From the NCBI GenBank assembly GCA_043228905.1, contig JBHGNT010000001.1, positions 5,146,001-5,210,000 of the forward strand: a stretch of 64,000 nucleotides of DNA. The letters are read 5' to 3'. A program made the position numbers and the translations under genes. How positions within the stretch are numbered: the stretch's first letter is position 1; every line of letters starts with the position of its first letter. Shown piece by piece: positions 1 to 12,685 of this stretch. The notes under the pieces were generated by a model. It ran no database searches, was not told where the DNA came from, and saw only the letters and a program-made list of their open reading frames with translations. The DNA comes from Azolla caroliniana. Its lineage: Eukaryota; Plantae; Polypodiophyta.

Positions 1-577
<577 letters not shown>

Positions 578-1453
578 TGACCATTGACATTTAGCTCATC
601 AGAACTCAAGAAAAACTAATTTTGAATCAAGGGAAGTTCATTTAATCCCAAAATTGGTGTTTTGAAATACCTCATTGTTATTGACAAGACAATTTTACTA
701 AATATGATTCATAAGAAATGCTCCAAAACTATATATAACTTTGGTTGGGTCTTTTTCCTTTCAAAACTAAAGGTTAATTCAAAAACCTCCCAAAATATAA
801 ATTCAAAATTTTGAAAGAATTAAATCAAATAATCACAAAAGAGAGCTGAAAGCTCAAAGAACTAACATACATGCATAGGAAAACGTCATTAATCACTCTC
901 CAACACGTTCACTCTACACCTCATTAATCTCATTGCTTCTTGGATATTTTGTCACTCTTCAAATTGACGTTGTCCCTAAATTCCGAAGTGAAACTTCAGC
1001 AATATGTTTTCCTCATTTTTCTTCTTTCTCTCTTCTTCCTCTCGTCTCTCTTTCTGTTTCAAGTTTAACAGTGACTCTCAAAACCCCCACCCCGCCAAAA
1101 AACAAAACTAGCGTTAACAACACGATTTTTCCTTCATCTTTTGGTCTTTCATCGCCTAAGCCTTCTTCTTTCACTTTTCATTTTCTCTATTTCGTCACCG
1201 AGCTTTTATCCCCTTTTTTCCCGCATTGCTTTTCACTGCCTTTCTCTGGTAATTACTTTCTCTCACTGTTATTTAAACTGTGTTACTTAAACACTAAAAC
1301 CCCAATAGTATCGAAACAACATAGATAAGTAGTGTTACCTGAGGAATTGTGAGGAATTGTTGTTGCTGCTGCTGCTGCTGCGTGGAAGCAGAGAAGAGGA
1401 GGAGGAGGAAGAGGAAGAAGTAGAGGAGTTTGCTAGTTGAATAGCTGCGTCCG

Positions 1454-1462
1454 AAACCCTAA
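1454..1462. promoter_or_regulatory. Telo-box (AAACCCTAA) in the PRMT1 5' region
   Basis: Exact AAACCCTAA in the putative first (UTR) exon/TSS region. Telo-boxes are common in plant translation and ribosome-biogenesis genes. Confidence 0.5.
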
Positions 1463-4400
1463 AAAAGGACAGAGTCTGCCGCGAAGCAGAGGAGAAAGCT
1501 TATGAGCAAACATGAGTAAGGCCATTGCAAAAGAGGAAACGAAACCCACACACTCTCCCTCTCTCTTTCTCTCTTCTTCCGAAGAATTATTTATGGAGAT
1601 ATTTATTCTATATGTTTTGTGTTGTCGCAAAATCTGACCTAATCAGATGGCCCAAATCAATTCCACTTAATAATAGAGAGTTTACCAAATTAACTGAAAT
1701 TCCCATCGATTGCCTCCTTACTTAATTCAAAAACCCACGGACACCCGGCTTCTCCTCTACCCTCCAAGAATTACTACCATTTGTTCACAACTGCCCATCC
1801 TTCTTATGTTCCCTCGCATCGAGTTTATTGTACGAGATCCACATCCGCCCCTACAAGTGCCATGTCCCTGGATAAATGAATGAAGGTGCTGAGAAAATGT
1901 TGTCCCACATACTGCGAAATCACCAATGGAACTTATGCCGCCAGTGCCATGATAACTACAAAACAGAAAATGTTGTGTGTGTGCTTCTTTATTGCTAAAA
2001 CACTAAGAAGGTAACAATGGCTTCGATTTTGAAATTGGAATGGAGATATATATTAATTCTTGTATCAAGGCCTGGATGGCTAAACCAAGTTCAGTGTATG
2101 ACATTTGATCAAACATTGCCAAAGCCTTGTCTTCCAATGATACTATACAAAAAACAGATGCCATTAGTAAGTGTGATCCATTGTCATGTAACTACAAGCC
2201 CTAAACCTACCTCTCTCATCCTTCATTGTATAGCATTTGCCTTAGCAAAGATTTGGAGAGGGGTGTTATTTATAAATTGTTTGTCTTTGAAACCAAATTT
2301 CCATTCCTCATAGTGCCCATTGCTTAGATTGCATTAAATACCATTCAGCCCAACCTTTCAAAAATGGCCCAAGATATTCCCAATTTATATGTGAGCTAGA
2401 AGGCATAAGCCAAAAAAAAACAACTTGTTCCACATGTTACTCTCAAAAGATGCCAGGTCTATCTTTACTTAAAATGATCCTATTGTAAGACATTAGATCA
2501 CATTAGCGAACTTATGTTATCAATTCACTCCAAGTCATTGCATTGTTTAAAGATCTTTGCTTGAAAGCATATATATTTTCATTTTTTCTATATCATTTCC
2601 TTACATTAATCATTCTTTCTCGTTCTAATATAAAATAATAACAATATGTTATAGACCCTTTCAAAGACAAAATTACAATAATCATACATATATAGAATAC
2701 ATGATTTTTTAGATGCGTATTATTCTATTTCTATTTACAACCAGTTTGGTTTGTTCTCTCTCAAGCTAGAAAAGACAAGGCTCATGGTTCCACTCAAATA
2801 AATTGCATGGACAATTAAGAAGCTACATAGTGTATGCCTCATTGCCCTCTGCAAAAACATAGTACAAAGCAGTAACATTTTCAAGACATGAAACTCATAA
2901 TACTAATAATTGTAATTGACCAAATCATACAATAAAATTTGACAACCATAAAGAGTTCGTAGCATTGGCAAACTGTGCAATCTATACTAGACACTGTGAG
3001 CTCATTTCAAAATACAAGCTAAAGTGAAGAACAAAGACGCCAACATAAACCATTTATTTAGGAGAACAATTGCATGTACATTTGGTTGATTATGCACAAA
3101 AAATCTTGCAAATTATATGCCAAACACAACTATAATTATAGGCAATTGATTGGTCTTGCCTTGATGTTGAATGAGAGTTTACTTTACCACTAATAACCCT
3201 TCATTCTGTTTGCTTCCAGATATAAAAGTGGCACATCTATAATATAGTAAGTGACAAGAATCCTTGGATAAGCTTAGCTAAGTGGCTTTAGTTGTCAATA
3301 AAATTTTGAGATTATGCTTAAATATCATGAAGTACCAGCACTTAAAAAACAGAACTTTATTGATAACTTTATTTATCTAATAATATAAATTGTGAAGATT
3401 ACAAAAAATATAAAATCAGCTCAAAAACCAGAGCCTACCACTATCTAGTGTGTATGGGAATTTGAAATTTCCACACGGTGACCTCAATATATTCAAATAG
3501 TAGTTTATAACATGATGTCTCATTAAACAAAGGATATAAAAAATAGGTTGCCAAATTAAAAACCTTATCCTCTTATCAGTATCTAAAACAGAATTGTGCT
3601 TCCGGTATAAATACTAACAGCTTCGTCGAAATGAAATACATTAGCACAATAGAAATATTTTATGCACCATAATAAAATCCAGATCACGTGTGTTTCTCAC
3701 CCAGAAAAAATTATATGGTTGACCGCTTCAAACCATAAACAGCAGTGATCGCATTTATGTCATGGGTTTCATAAGACTGGGAAGCTTGGTGCCCTCATTC
3801 AAGCACATTGGAAGAAGAAAACAAAGCGAAAGAAATAGACCTCAGCACAAAAGATAAACATTCAATCATTTCGTTGAACAAGCAATACATCTGCTCAATG
3901 GAGTCATAAAAAGATGAACACTAGCAGCAAAACTCATGCTAATAGCTTGCTCTCAAGAATGGATTCCAAACTGTGATGGAAGTATAGATGAAGAATTGAT
4001 ACGTGAGTACAGGCCAGCCAATCAATGCATTCTCAAGCCTGAATGGTATCAGAATCCTCTTCAAGAGCTATATCATATAGTGAGCATTATAGAAAACTTA
4101 CCATGAAATATCGCCACTCAAAGAAGCCCCCTCCTACAACAAGATAATCAGAAAACTCTTGTCAAAACTTCCAGAATCATAAAATCAATTGATCATAAAA
4201 TATGTGAAACTAGGATAACATTCACTCTGCTAATTAGTAACTTGATGGAACAGCATAAGTTTCAAACGCCAAGCTTACAAATACTAGATCCACATATTCC
4301 ACTAATTATAGACCATCTACATGCACCTGTTTCTTATCTTAAAACACGCATATATTGCATTGCTGGTATTGCAAAACTAAAACAATGTTTACCCATAAAT

Positions 4401-4527
4401 AGTTTTATAGACAGTATTTAAATCACATACCAAGCCAGTGATCATCTTTTGTGCAAAATTTCACCGTCTTATTTTTGGTGAAAATATCCCAAACACCTCT
4501 CTTTAGTTGGATACATCATCACATATG

Positions 4528-7500
4528 TCAACATGCAAACTCAGGTGCTTTCCTCTTGCCATTAGGACTTGAATATGCGGTTTGCCTTTGGTGTCTATAT
4601 TTACTGGATAAATCGAAGACTCGATCTTTCCTTAACAAGTCCATATTTGTTATACCCCCATTTTCAACCCAGTTAGATAAGGATGTAGAATCACTGTCAG
4701 TCTTCAATGTTACTGATCCGTTTTTCCCTCTTTGATTAGAGCTCCTTGGAGTTCCATATTCTTGTAAACTTAGTTTGGTGTGTGAAAATTGTGTGGATCC
4801 AAGATTACCATTTGATGCCCTAGAGTTTGCATCCTCAGTACCACTTATTCCAGGTCTTTGATTATCATAAGAGGAATCCGTTTCTCCATTAAACATCAAC
4901 CTTCTGCCGAAAATATGGCTTGTTAACAATCCTTCATTTTGATGCCTTCCAGGTGTAGTATAGCTCTTACTGGAAGTAGACAATAAATCCACACCCCCAA
5001 ATAGAATTTTTGATGATTTCCCAGGAATTGAAGGTTGTTGCCCATGATCCCAGGCCATTGTCTTGGGAAATTCTAAAAGAGACTTCTGAGATGACATCAA
5101 GTCCTCATTTTTGTCATTAAAAGGAAGGGTAACTGCAGTGAATGGATGAGCAATGTCCTTCATTGATGTAGAAACTGTGGCTGTAGAACTCAGGTGCTTA
5201 TCCAAAGTTCCCCTCTCTCCAGATTGAGGTAGAAGTTTACCTAAAGCTCCAGATTTTAATTCTTCCTGTTGAATTTCTGGGAGAATCTCAATACACTTTC
5301 CCTGGCAATGATAACATAAACATTGAGAATAATCAAATTAAAAGCTTCGCTGTTTAAAATGCCTGATGCTTCATGACAATAATACATATGAATTAAAATT
5401 AGCTACAAATGGGATGAGCACATGACTAATAACATATTCCATGAATAAAACCTAATACTTTATAATCGAACATTCATCTTCCCTTACAATTTTCTAAGAT
5501 ATCCAAAATTTGAAATATCTTGGCTGTTACAGATAAGACCTAGAGAGATTGTTACAGGCATGACCATATCCAAAATTTTCTAACCCTAGGAATTGAGGCA
5601 ACCCATAAGGGACAAGTGTGAACTTGCCTGGGGGCCTTAGATCTAGCTATAAATATGAGGCCTAGCTACCCTCATTAGGGACCTTATTTGACTACGTCGA
5701 GGTTGTGACCTTGTGGTGAACAAACTCTTGTAGCGAGTGCGATATGGGACGCCCATCAAGGCTTGAGTCCATCTCGATTCCTTCGCTCGGGGAAGGTCGG
5801 GTGGATCAGCAGCCTTCTTTCTCTCTCTTCCTCTTATGTACCTATTATTTATTCCCTTATTTTCATGTTTACATTAGAAATAATCTCTAACAAATATCAA
5901 GATTTAGAACTCTCATCATCAAGAACAGAATCGTAGATAAAAACATCAATCGTATTCAGAATGGACAAGATCAATGGGCTCTTGGAAGCATTTGAACTAT
6001 TTCCACACAGATCTTTTGGAGTTCTTAATGCTTTACAAAATGTTATGCGCAAATTAGAAATGCTTTCTTCCGATCATAAATATACAGTAAAAATGTGTTT
6101 CATTGATATTGATTAATACAACATTTTGTCTTTAAACCATGTTTTTTCCTGTCTAATACAAATCCCTAAATTCAAAAAAACTGTAAACACTTACCACCAA
6201 TTTAGTTCGATTTGTGCATATACTTTTTACAAGGTCTCTCTTTTCACTATTTTCGCATTGAGTAATGAATGCATTCTCAATAACAGCGAGTTTCTTGTGT
6301 GTAAGATACACCTCTCTATACCTGCATCTCTGCCAAAAGAAAGAAATACTGAAATTTATAGGAACTCATAATACAAGGTTTTCAAAGCTCAAAGGCATAC
6401 AAAAGCTTCACAAAAGGCATAGGCCACATAAAATGATTCTACAATGCTTCATATTCTACTATTTCTGCTTTAAATATCAATTACATGCTATGCAATAGTC
6501 ATATTCATTTAAACCAATAACGCACGGTAAGAAATAAACATTACATGTTTTTACAAGAGTAGGACATAGAGATTAATATGACTGCAAAATGTTCAGTTAC
6601 ATTTCACAGGAAGTGGAACATGAATACTCACCATAATGTAGTATATAATCATCAGACTTCCAGCCGTGGAGCATGGATTCTGGGTTGCTTGTTCCAAAAG
6701 GAAGCTGAAAAGAATCCTTTCTTCATCTTCTTGCCAAGGGAGCTCAATCATCTTATTTAATAAATTCTTTCGCACGCATAACGAGCAAATCTCACCTACC
6801 AATAATTGCATTTCAGAGAACCAATCCCGGCAATCATCTTTATCACTAGATTTTGTTTTGGAAATTGGATTTTGCTGCGCATTTGAAATAACTCTTGATG
6901 TGTACGATCGTTGATAAAGGTATGCTTCTGTCAGTAGACCACATTCAAGTCTTACTCTCACTGCAGTCACAGCATCTACCAAAGATGGAACTTCAGCAGA
7001 ACTTGAAGAGTTCGAGAGTTTAAGAGCACCATCTCCACCACTAGAATATAAAACATCCAAGGCTACCTTAGGTCTATTTCTCTCAAGCAATACCCGTGCC
7101 ACCTTTGGATGTATGCTAGGAGAAACAACTTCAGGAAGAAGTACACAGGCCTCCTGTTCACAGGACACTCATTTTCAAGTTTATGACAACATTCACTCCT
7201 CATATTATAAGAAAGTATAAATAAGTTTAAAGTAAAATAAATAATACAGACACAAATATTGATTGATAAAGGTATCAGTCCATCATGCATCACTGATGCA
7301 ACAAACTCAGTTCTTAAATTAACACAAGTCCCCACAAATAGTTAGAACTTTCCAGTTCACATTGTCAATTCTACACAGCCAATCTCTTGAGTAACATTAC
7401 GGACACAGTATAGTAACTAAAACCAGGTACGGGAATAATTCAGAGAGGTACGGCCAAGGATTTTATACTGAGGATGGAATTATGTAAATCGTATGAAAAA

Positions 7501-10500
7501 CAAATAACATGTTTTAACAAAATACAAACATTATGAAAGTTAGGTAGTATTTGGAGATCACAATCCTCTACCTAGTCGTTGGGTAGTATTTGGAGATTCC
7601 AACCAACTGTTAGTTAGGTACATCTCTCATCTGCCCACTGCTTTGTGCTGTGCCAAAAATGACTCCATCCATCAAACAGAGATGCAGAAAGCCATGTGGA
7701 AGACAACTTAGGAAATCTTTCAATTGGCACAGGTTGTAACAAAATATAGAAAGATACAAAGAGGGGGTGAAACACAATCAACTTGCATAAATGATAAAGT
7801 AATATGAGTTGCATCTCACTATTAGGACGAACATTATCATCTCCATTTGCAACATTTGGCATGTGACTGATCACAAAATCAATTCATCTGATGTCAGTTA
7901 TCATACATACAATGAATGAATTCAGAGCAGTTCAGATTGTGACTATGTTTGAGATAAGATATGTGGAGACAATCATGTCAGATCATAAAGAGTATTAAAC
8001 CTAAGAAACCGATCACATTCCAGGCTCCACATTGACCTTAGGTCTGCAGATGATGACCAAATCTGTACTTATGAAGAACCAGAAGTTGTGAAAATATTGA
8101 AGTCATTGATGAACCATCTACAAGGTGGGTAACTGTTGCTATTCTCTCTCTGAAATTGGCAAGAGAGACAATATTTGAAGTATATGTAAGACAAAAATAA
8201 TAACGTAAGGTTTGTTCTAACTGATCTGGCCTTCACTTGATAATTTAATCAGACTGACAAGGTACAAAATTTATATTTTCACATCAAAACACTCTTTCAG
8301 TCTGATACTAATTATATCGCACTGGAAATATCCATAGGATAAAAAATTGCATAATTCATATAAAATGGAAAATCAAGCACTTCTAGAACAGAATAGCATT
8401 CAGAAGCTCATGGCATAACTACAATGTTCAAAACATAATTTAGTGTCTCATACACTTAAAAAATAGATAAAAATGCATCTTGATCATGAGATTTACCTCC
8501 AAAGCAATCTCACTACTTTCATCCAGCAAAAAGAATAATAGGGACTCTAGCATGGCATGCCTCGATATATCAAAGGTGAATAAGTAATCATCCAAAACTA
8601 TCTTCCATCGATTATCACTATGAGACCATTGCCTGTCAAAGAGGTAATACAAGAACTATAGCAAGATTAAGGATACAAAATATTGAGAGAGCTACAAGAC
8701 CCATTTTTCATTTATTTGTTAGTTTGAATCTCGAGATAAAACTCCACAGTACTCTAAATAGAATAATATATTAGAGACAGGTAAGGATACAATCGCTTTT
8801 TTTGCAAGGAAAAGATCTGCATTTGTTTCCAGAAAGATAATGTCTACAGCTGTCCGCACACTTTTTGGAGGATATACTCCTGTTGAAAGAGCTCCAACTG
8901 TTTTCCTCATAACAGATGTTGCTGGTCCTTGCTTCAAGCATTCTAAATCTGGGGTCTCCCTCAAAAAATCATTGTCCATGTCTTCGCCAAATCCAATATT
9001 TTCCAATGCATCCTCAATGAATAATGTTGCAGGCTTGTTAAGAGTGCTTTCCCATGAATGTCTTATATGATTGGGCCAGGCCCTGCTGTTAGCTGATGAC
9101 TTCCGAACTTCAAAAGCATTCTTCCAGTCATCGATTGTCGAATGACGTGATGATATATTCTCAAGAAAATCATGCTTTGCGCACCAACTCATCAAATCTA
9201 AATGCTACAAGAGAGAAGATGGAAATCAGTACCTCTAATTTGTGATACGATCCAAAGAAAACAATGAAGTATTTACAAAGTTCATTATAAAAAAACAAAT
9301 TCTTTATGTATTATCGAGCTAACTGAGAATGATTTACCCTTCAAAAGGCTTGGAACAAAATACACAATAATGCTGAACAAAAATTTGGCCAAAACGAGAA
9401 AAGCTCATGTTTCCAGAAACGTACATATTTCGAAAGAATGAAAAATCTCATACAAACAAGCAGATACATATTAAATTGTTGCAAGAGAAAAGTTTTTATT
9501 TCACAGTGAAAAAACATATAGATGATTATAATCAGAAACACTAGCATGTGAGGCTAGTTTGTGAATATTTTACAATGTAAAAACGCATTCTAGTCAATTA
9601 ATATAATTTTAAACTATCTCTAATGATTTGCAAGAATTATCTAGCAGTCTTTGCACAACAAAAAATTAGACTTTTCTGTCCTCAGGATACAAATTATCAA
9701 TTCAACAGAAGGAGGAGATCCATTATATACAGTTAATCAAACAGCATGGAAGAACTTCATTGGAACAAGAATGGACAGTAAAAAAATCCTCAAGACATGT
9801 CAAGTTATATTTTTTAGAAAAGTTATTGTATAAACACATACATTCCACTAGATACATCATTCGCAATACATATCTATGTGCTCAAGCCCAACACGCCACA
9901 AAACTCTGGGTGAACCTTCCTATGCATCAACGTTGGAGATGGCCTCGAGGAAGACAATGCCCACAGTCAAGATTTGATGTCCTTCACAACTGTTAACTCT
10001 GCATCTTAGCTAATGCTTGGAGAGAAGGTACCCTTCTTTGTGGGCACATGAGCATGTATGCATGGTCAATAGTCTTATTCAAGAAAATAAGACTAGCACA
10101 TCACTAACATCACTAACCCAAGGCATTCAAAATCGAATTAGTGAGAACTTTTCCTTTCACGATAAGGTTTATTCTTTTATGCCTGATACAATCTGGAGAA
10201 AACACGATAAACTAATTCAAGCAAGAATACGGATCAGATTGTTTCAACATAGCAAGCCAAAAAATAGCCAATCATCACGAAACAAAGAAAAATGGCATTC
10301 AAATGAATTGATAGCTTATAGGTTCATAAATTCAAGCTTCGGGAATTATATAGATTATAATGGATAACATTCATCTGATACGAAATTTTGATCATTCGGT
10401 CAGTTTACTGATCTCCTACAAAATTGCATCTTCCGATGGACATTTCTTAGCACTGGAAACTTAATAAGCAGACTTGTTCATCAATTCTCTTGATAGAAAA

Positions 10501-12509
10501 AAATCTTAAACTGACCAGAAAATAGTTTATAACCTATGACAATTCATAGAAAGACACACTTGTAGGAACCTAAATTTAAAAGAATTCACGTTAAGGAGTA
10601 ACATATAAATATAAATATGAAAAAGAAAATGGCTTACACTACCTGTGAAACTCTTCCAACACCCTCTACAAGTTGCTGAAGCTCGAGAAATGGCATTGAC
10701 ATTTCATCAGAAGTTGGACCTTCAAGAGATTCCAGGACATTACATAGCCCATGAAGCTTTGAAGAAAAACCCTCCAGTTGGCCCAGATTCCTGTGCATTT
10801 CCCTGGGCTCTAACAAATCTACCAGTAATTAAGTTGAAGAAACAAGTTAAATCATCATTGCAATGCAACAAATGAGATGTGTGGAGGGATCATAAGCAAA
10901 TTTTGGATACATATATCTTGTAAGTTTTGTATGATCTGCATAAATGTCCTCTTGCACCATTCAATGACAACAGTTCCATCCAAGAGCATGGAGATAATTG
11001 CATTACTGGAGACCGCCTTATCGTCCATACAAACATCAGAAACATCTGAAAGGTTATGAACGTTAAGGGCTCGCAACAATGTAGAGGAAATCAAACATGT
11101 AATCATACTGTTCTTAGACATGGAAACTTAAAAGTGTGACTAAACAAGGATACAATGACAAATAACTGATACTGCTTTATTTTCAAGAGCTACATCAAAG
11201 AAAAGCCAGAGGCGTCGAACACTAGCATTCGAAATGCCATCCTCTTCGGAAGTTTGTTCTTCTTTAGAACTGATAAGGCCAGATTCGATGCATTCTTCAA
11301 AGATGCGAGGTTTCATCACAGGAGTTCCGCCATGCCTCTTCGTGATGGGTACTCGGCAAATCGGGCAGAACTCACATCTTTGGCAACATTCAGCACATAG
11401 AGATGCATGGTTACATGATGTGAGAGCATGTTTGACAGGTTTCCCACAACCTCTGAGGTCCCTTGTTGCTCTACATTTCTCAACTATAGCCTCGTTGCAA
11501 AGCTCCCTTGGATCAAGGCCAGCTAATCTTAACAATACATCCTGCCAGACGTAATATTAGTGCATGTTCTCAAATTTCCAGGAATATGAAAACACGAGCT
11601 TGCAGAAAGGGAACTTGTTTGCATTACAGGATACAGAACATGCAAAAAAAAGAGTTTTTCCGAAGAGCAGGTGAAAAACCTAAAGCATTGCAAGCACTTA
11701 TCCTATAGAAATCATCAGAGAATATTTTCTTTCTAATAAAAAATTCGCTGATTATGAACGCATCAGAATCCTCATCAGTTGTAACGAATACACTTCTCTT
11801 CCATGGAGAAGAGAAAACGGAGCCACCGAAATAGAAAGAAAAGTGAAATCACTCAGCAAAACAGGTGCAGTGAGTTCGTCTACTTCTAATGACACAGCTC
11901 ACTGTTTCTGATGTCATGTGAAAAGTCTGCATTCATACATTGCAACTATTCTTCGTCTACAAAAGTAAGGAAGAACAAGCTTTTACAGAAAAGCAAAAGA
12001 AACAACATTTCTTACAGTCTCCATACATGGAAAAGAAGCCACATATGAATACATTAGTCTTTTTTTATGTTTGGTGTCGCAAGTATTTCTTCATCCATTA
12101 GGAATGGCATCGAAGACAATGTTTCATGGACCACATTTACAGCGTCAGAGAACGAAAACAGATGTGAACTAACGAGGTAACGAGATTTCCGAAAATGAAG
12201 AAAATTCTCTTGCTTCAGAGCATGCTCAGAAGAAGAAGAAAAAGAAGAAGAAGAAGAGAAACTAAATTGAGCTAAGACAGAAGAAACGCGTATATAATGG
12301 AAGAGGTGTAAGAGCTCCATGAATCTAGAGCTAAGAAATGTCGAGAAATCAGCACAGAAAGGGGTTGGGGGGGATAAGGGAAGGGAATAATTTCTAGGCA
12401 AGTGAATAATAAGAGGAAGAAGGTAAGAGGAGGAACGAACCTTTTTCCTGCTGCAGAGAAGGCGGCGGTGGTGTCCTGAGTCGGGGAGCGTCGAAGGTGT
12501 CGTCGACAT
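4528..12509 (-). CDS. HOS1: E3 ubiquitin ligase HOS1 (variant RING plus ELYS-like nucleoporin domain), 9 coding exons
   Basis: Exons 12441-12509, 11154-11541, 10911-11045, 10643-10818, 8791-9204, 8497-8655, 6632-7153, 6195-6329 and 4528-5301 join in frame. Signature peptides include CRATRDLRGCG, CNHASLCAECCQRCEFCPICR, AKKAIFLYYLFDRQW, HPKVARVLLER, AVTAVRVRLECGLLTEAY and MIELPW. Confidence 0.93.
5525..5892 (+). mobile_element. Solo-LTR-like insertion in a HOS1 intron
   Basis: TGTTACAGAT...ATCTCTAACA termini (9/10 inverted match), internal GCTATAAATA and higher GC than the surrounding intron. No clean TSD found. Confidence 0.35.
8656..8790 (-). other. U12-type (minor spliceosome) GT-AG intron in HOS1
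   Basis: Donor GTATCCTTA; branch TCCTTAAT at 8666-8673, about 10 nt before the AG; joins AKKAI|FLYYLFD in frame. Confidence 0.9.
11046..11153 (-). other. U12-type GT-AG intron in HOS1
   Basis: Donor GTATCCTTG; branch CCTTAAC at 11062-11068, about 15 nt before the AG; joins VICH-Y-VSDVCMD in frame. Confidence 0.9.
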
Positions 12510-12651
12510 GGAAGGGAAGCTCTGCAGAAGAAGAAGAACCTACCTGGTAACGAAAGAAAGAAAGAAAGATGGGGGAGGGAGGGAAAGCAGAAAAGGCAAG
12601 GAAAGGAAAGGAAAAGGAAAAAAGGGAAGGGAAGGGAAGAAGGGAAGCAGG

Positions 12652-12685
12652 GGACGGACGGACGGACGGACGGACGGACGGACAG
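12652..12685. repeat. (GGAC)n tetranucleotide microsatellite upstream of HOS1
   Basis: About 8 consecutive GGAC units. Confidence 0.9.

Noticed and set aside
933-1328. 131-aa + strand ORF and similar Phe/Ser/Leu-rich ORFs (e.g. 12054-12720, 20153-20569)
   Set aside because: Translations of CT-rich first-intron or UTR sequence; only 12441-12509 and 20238-20266 are real coding exons.
2080-2560. Possible minus-strand LINE remnant (EYLGP and EVGLGL echoes of the YLG and GGLG motifs)
   Set aside because: Motifs are too short and frames too broken to call without a search.
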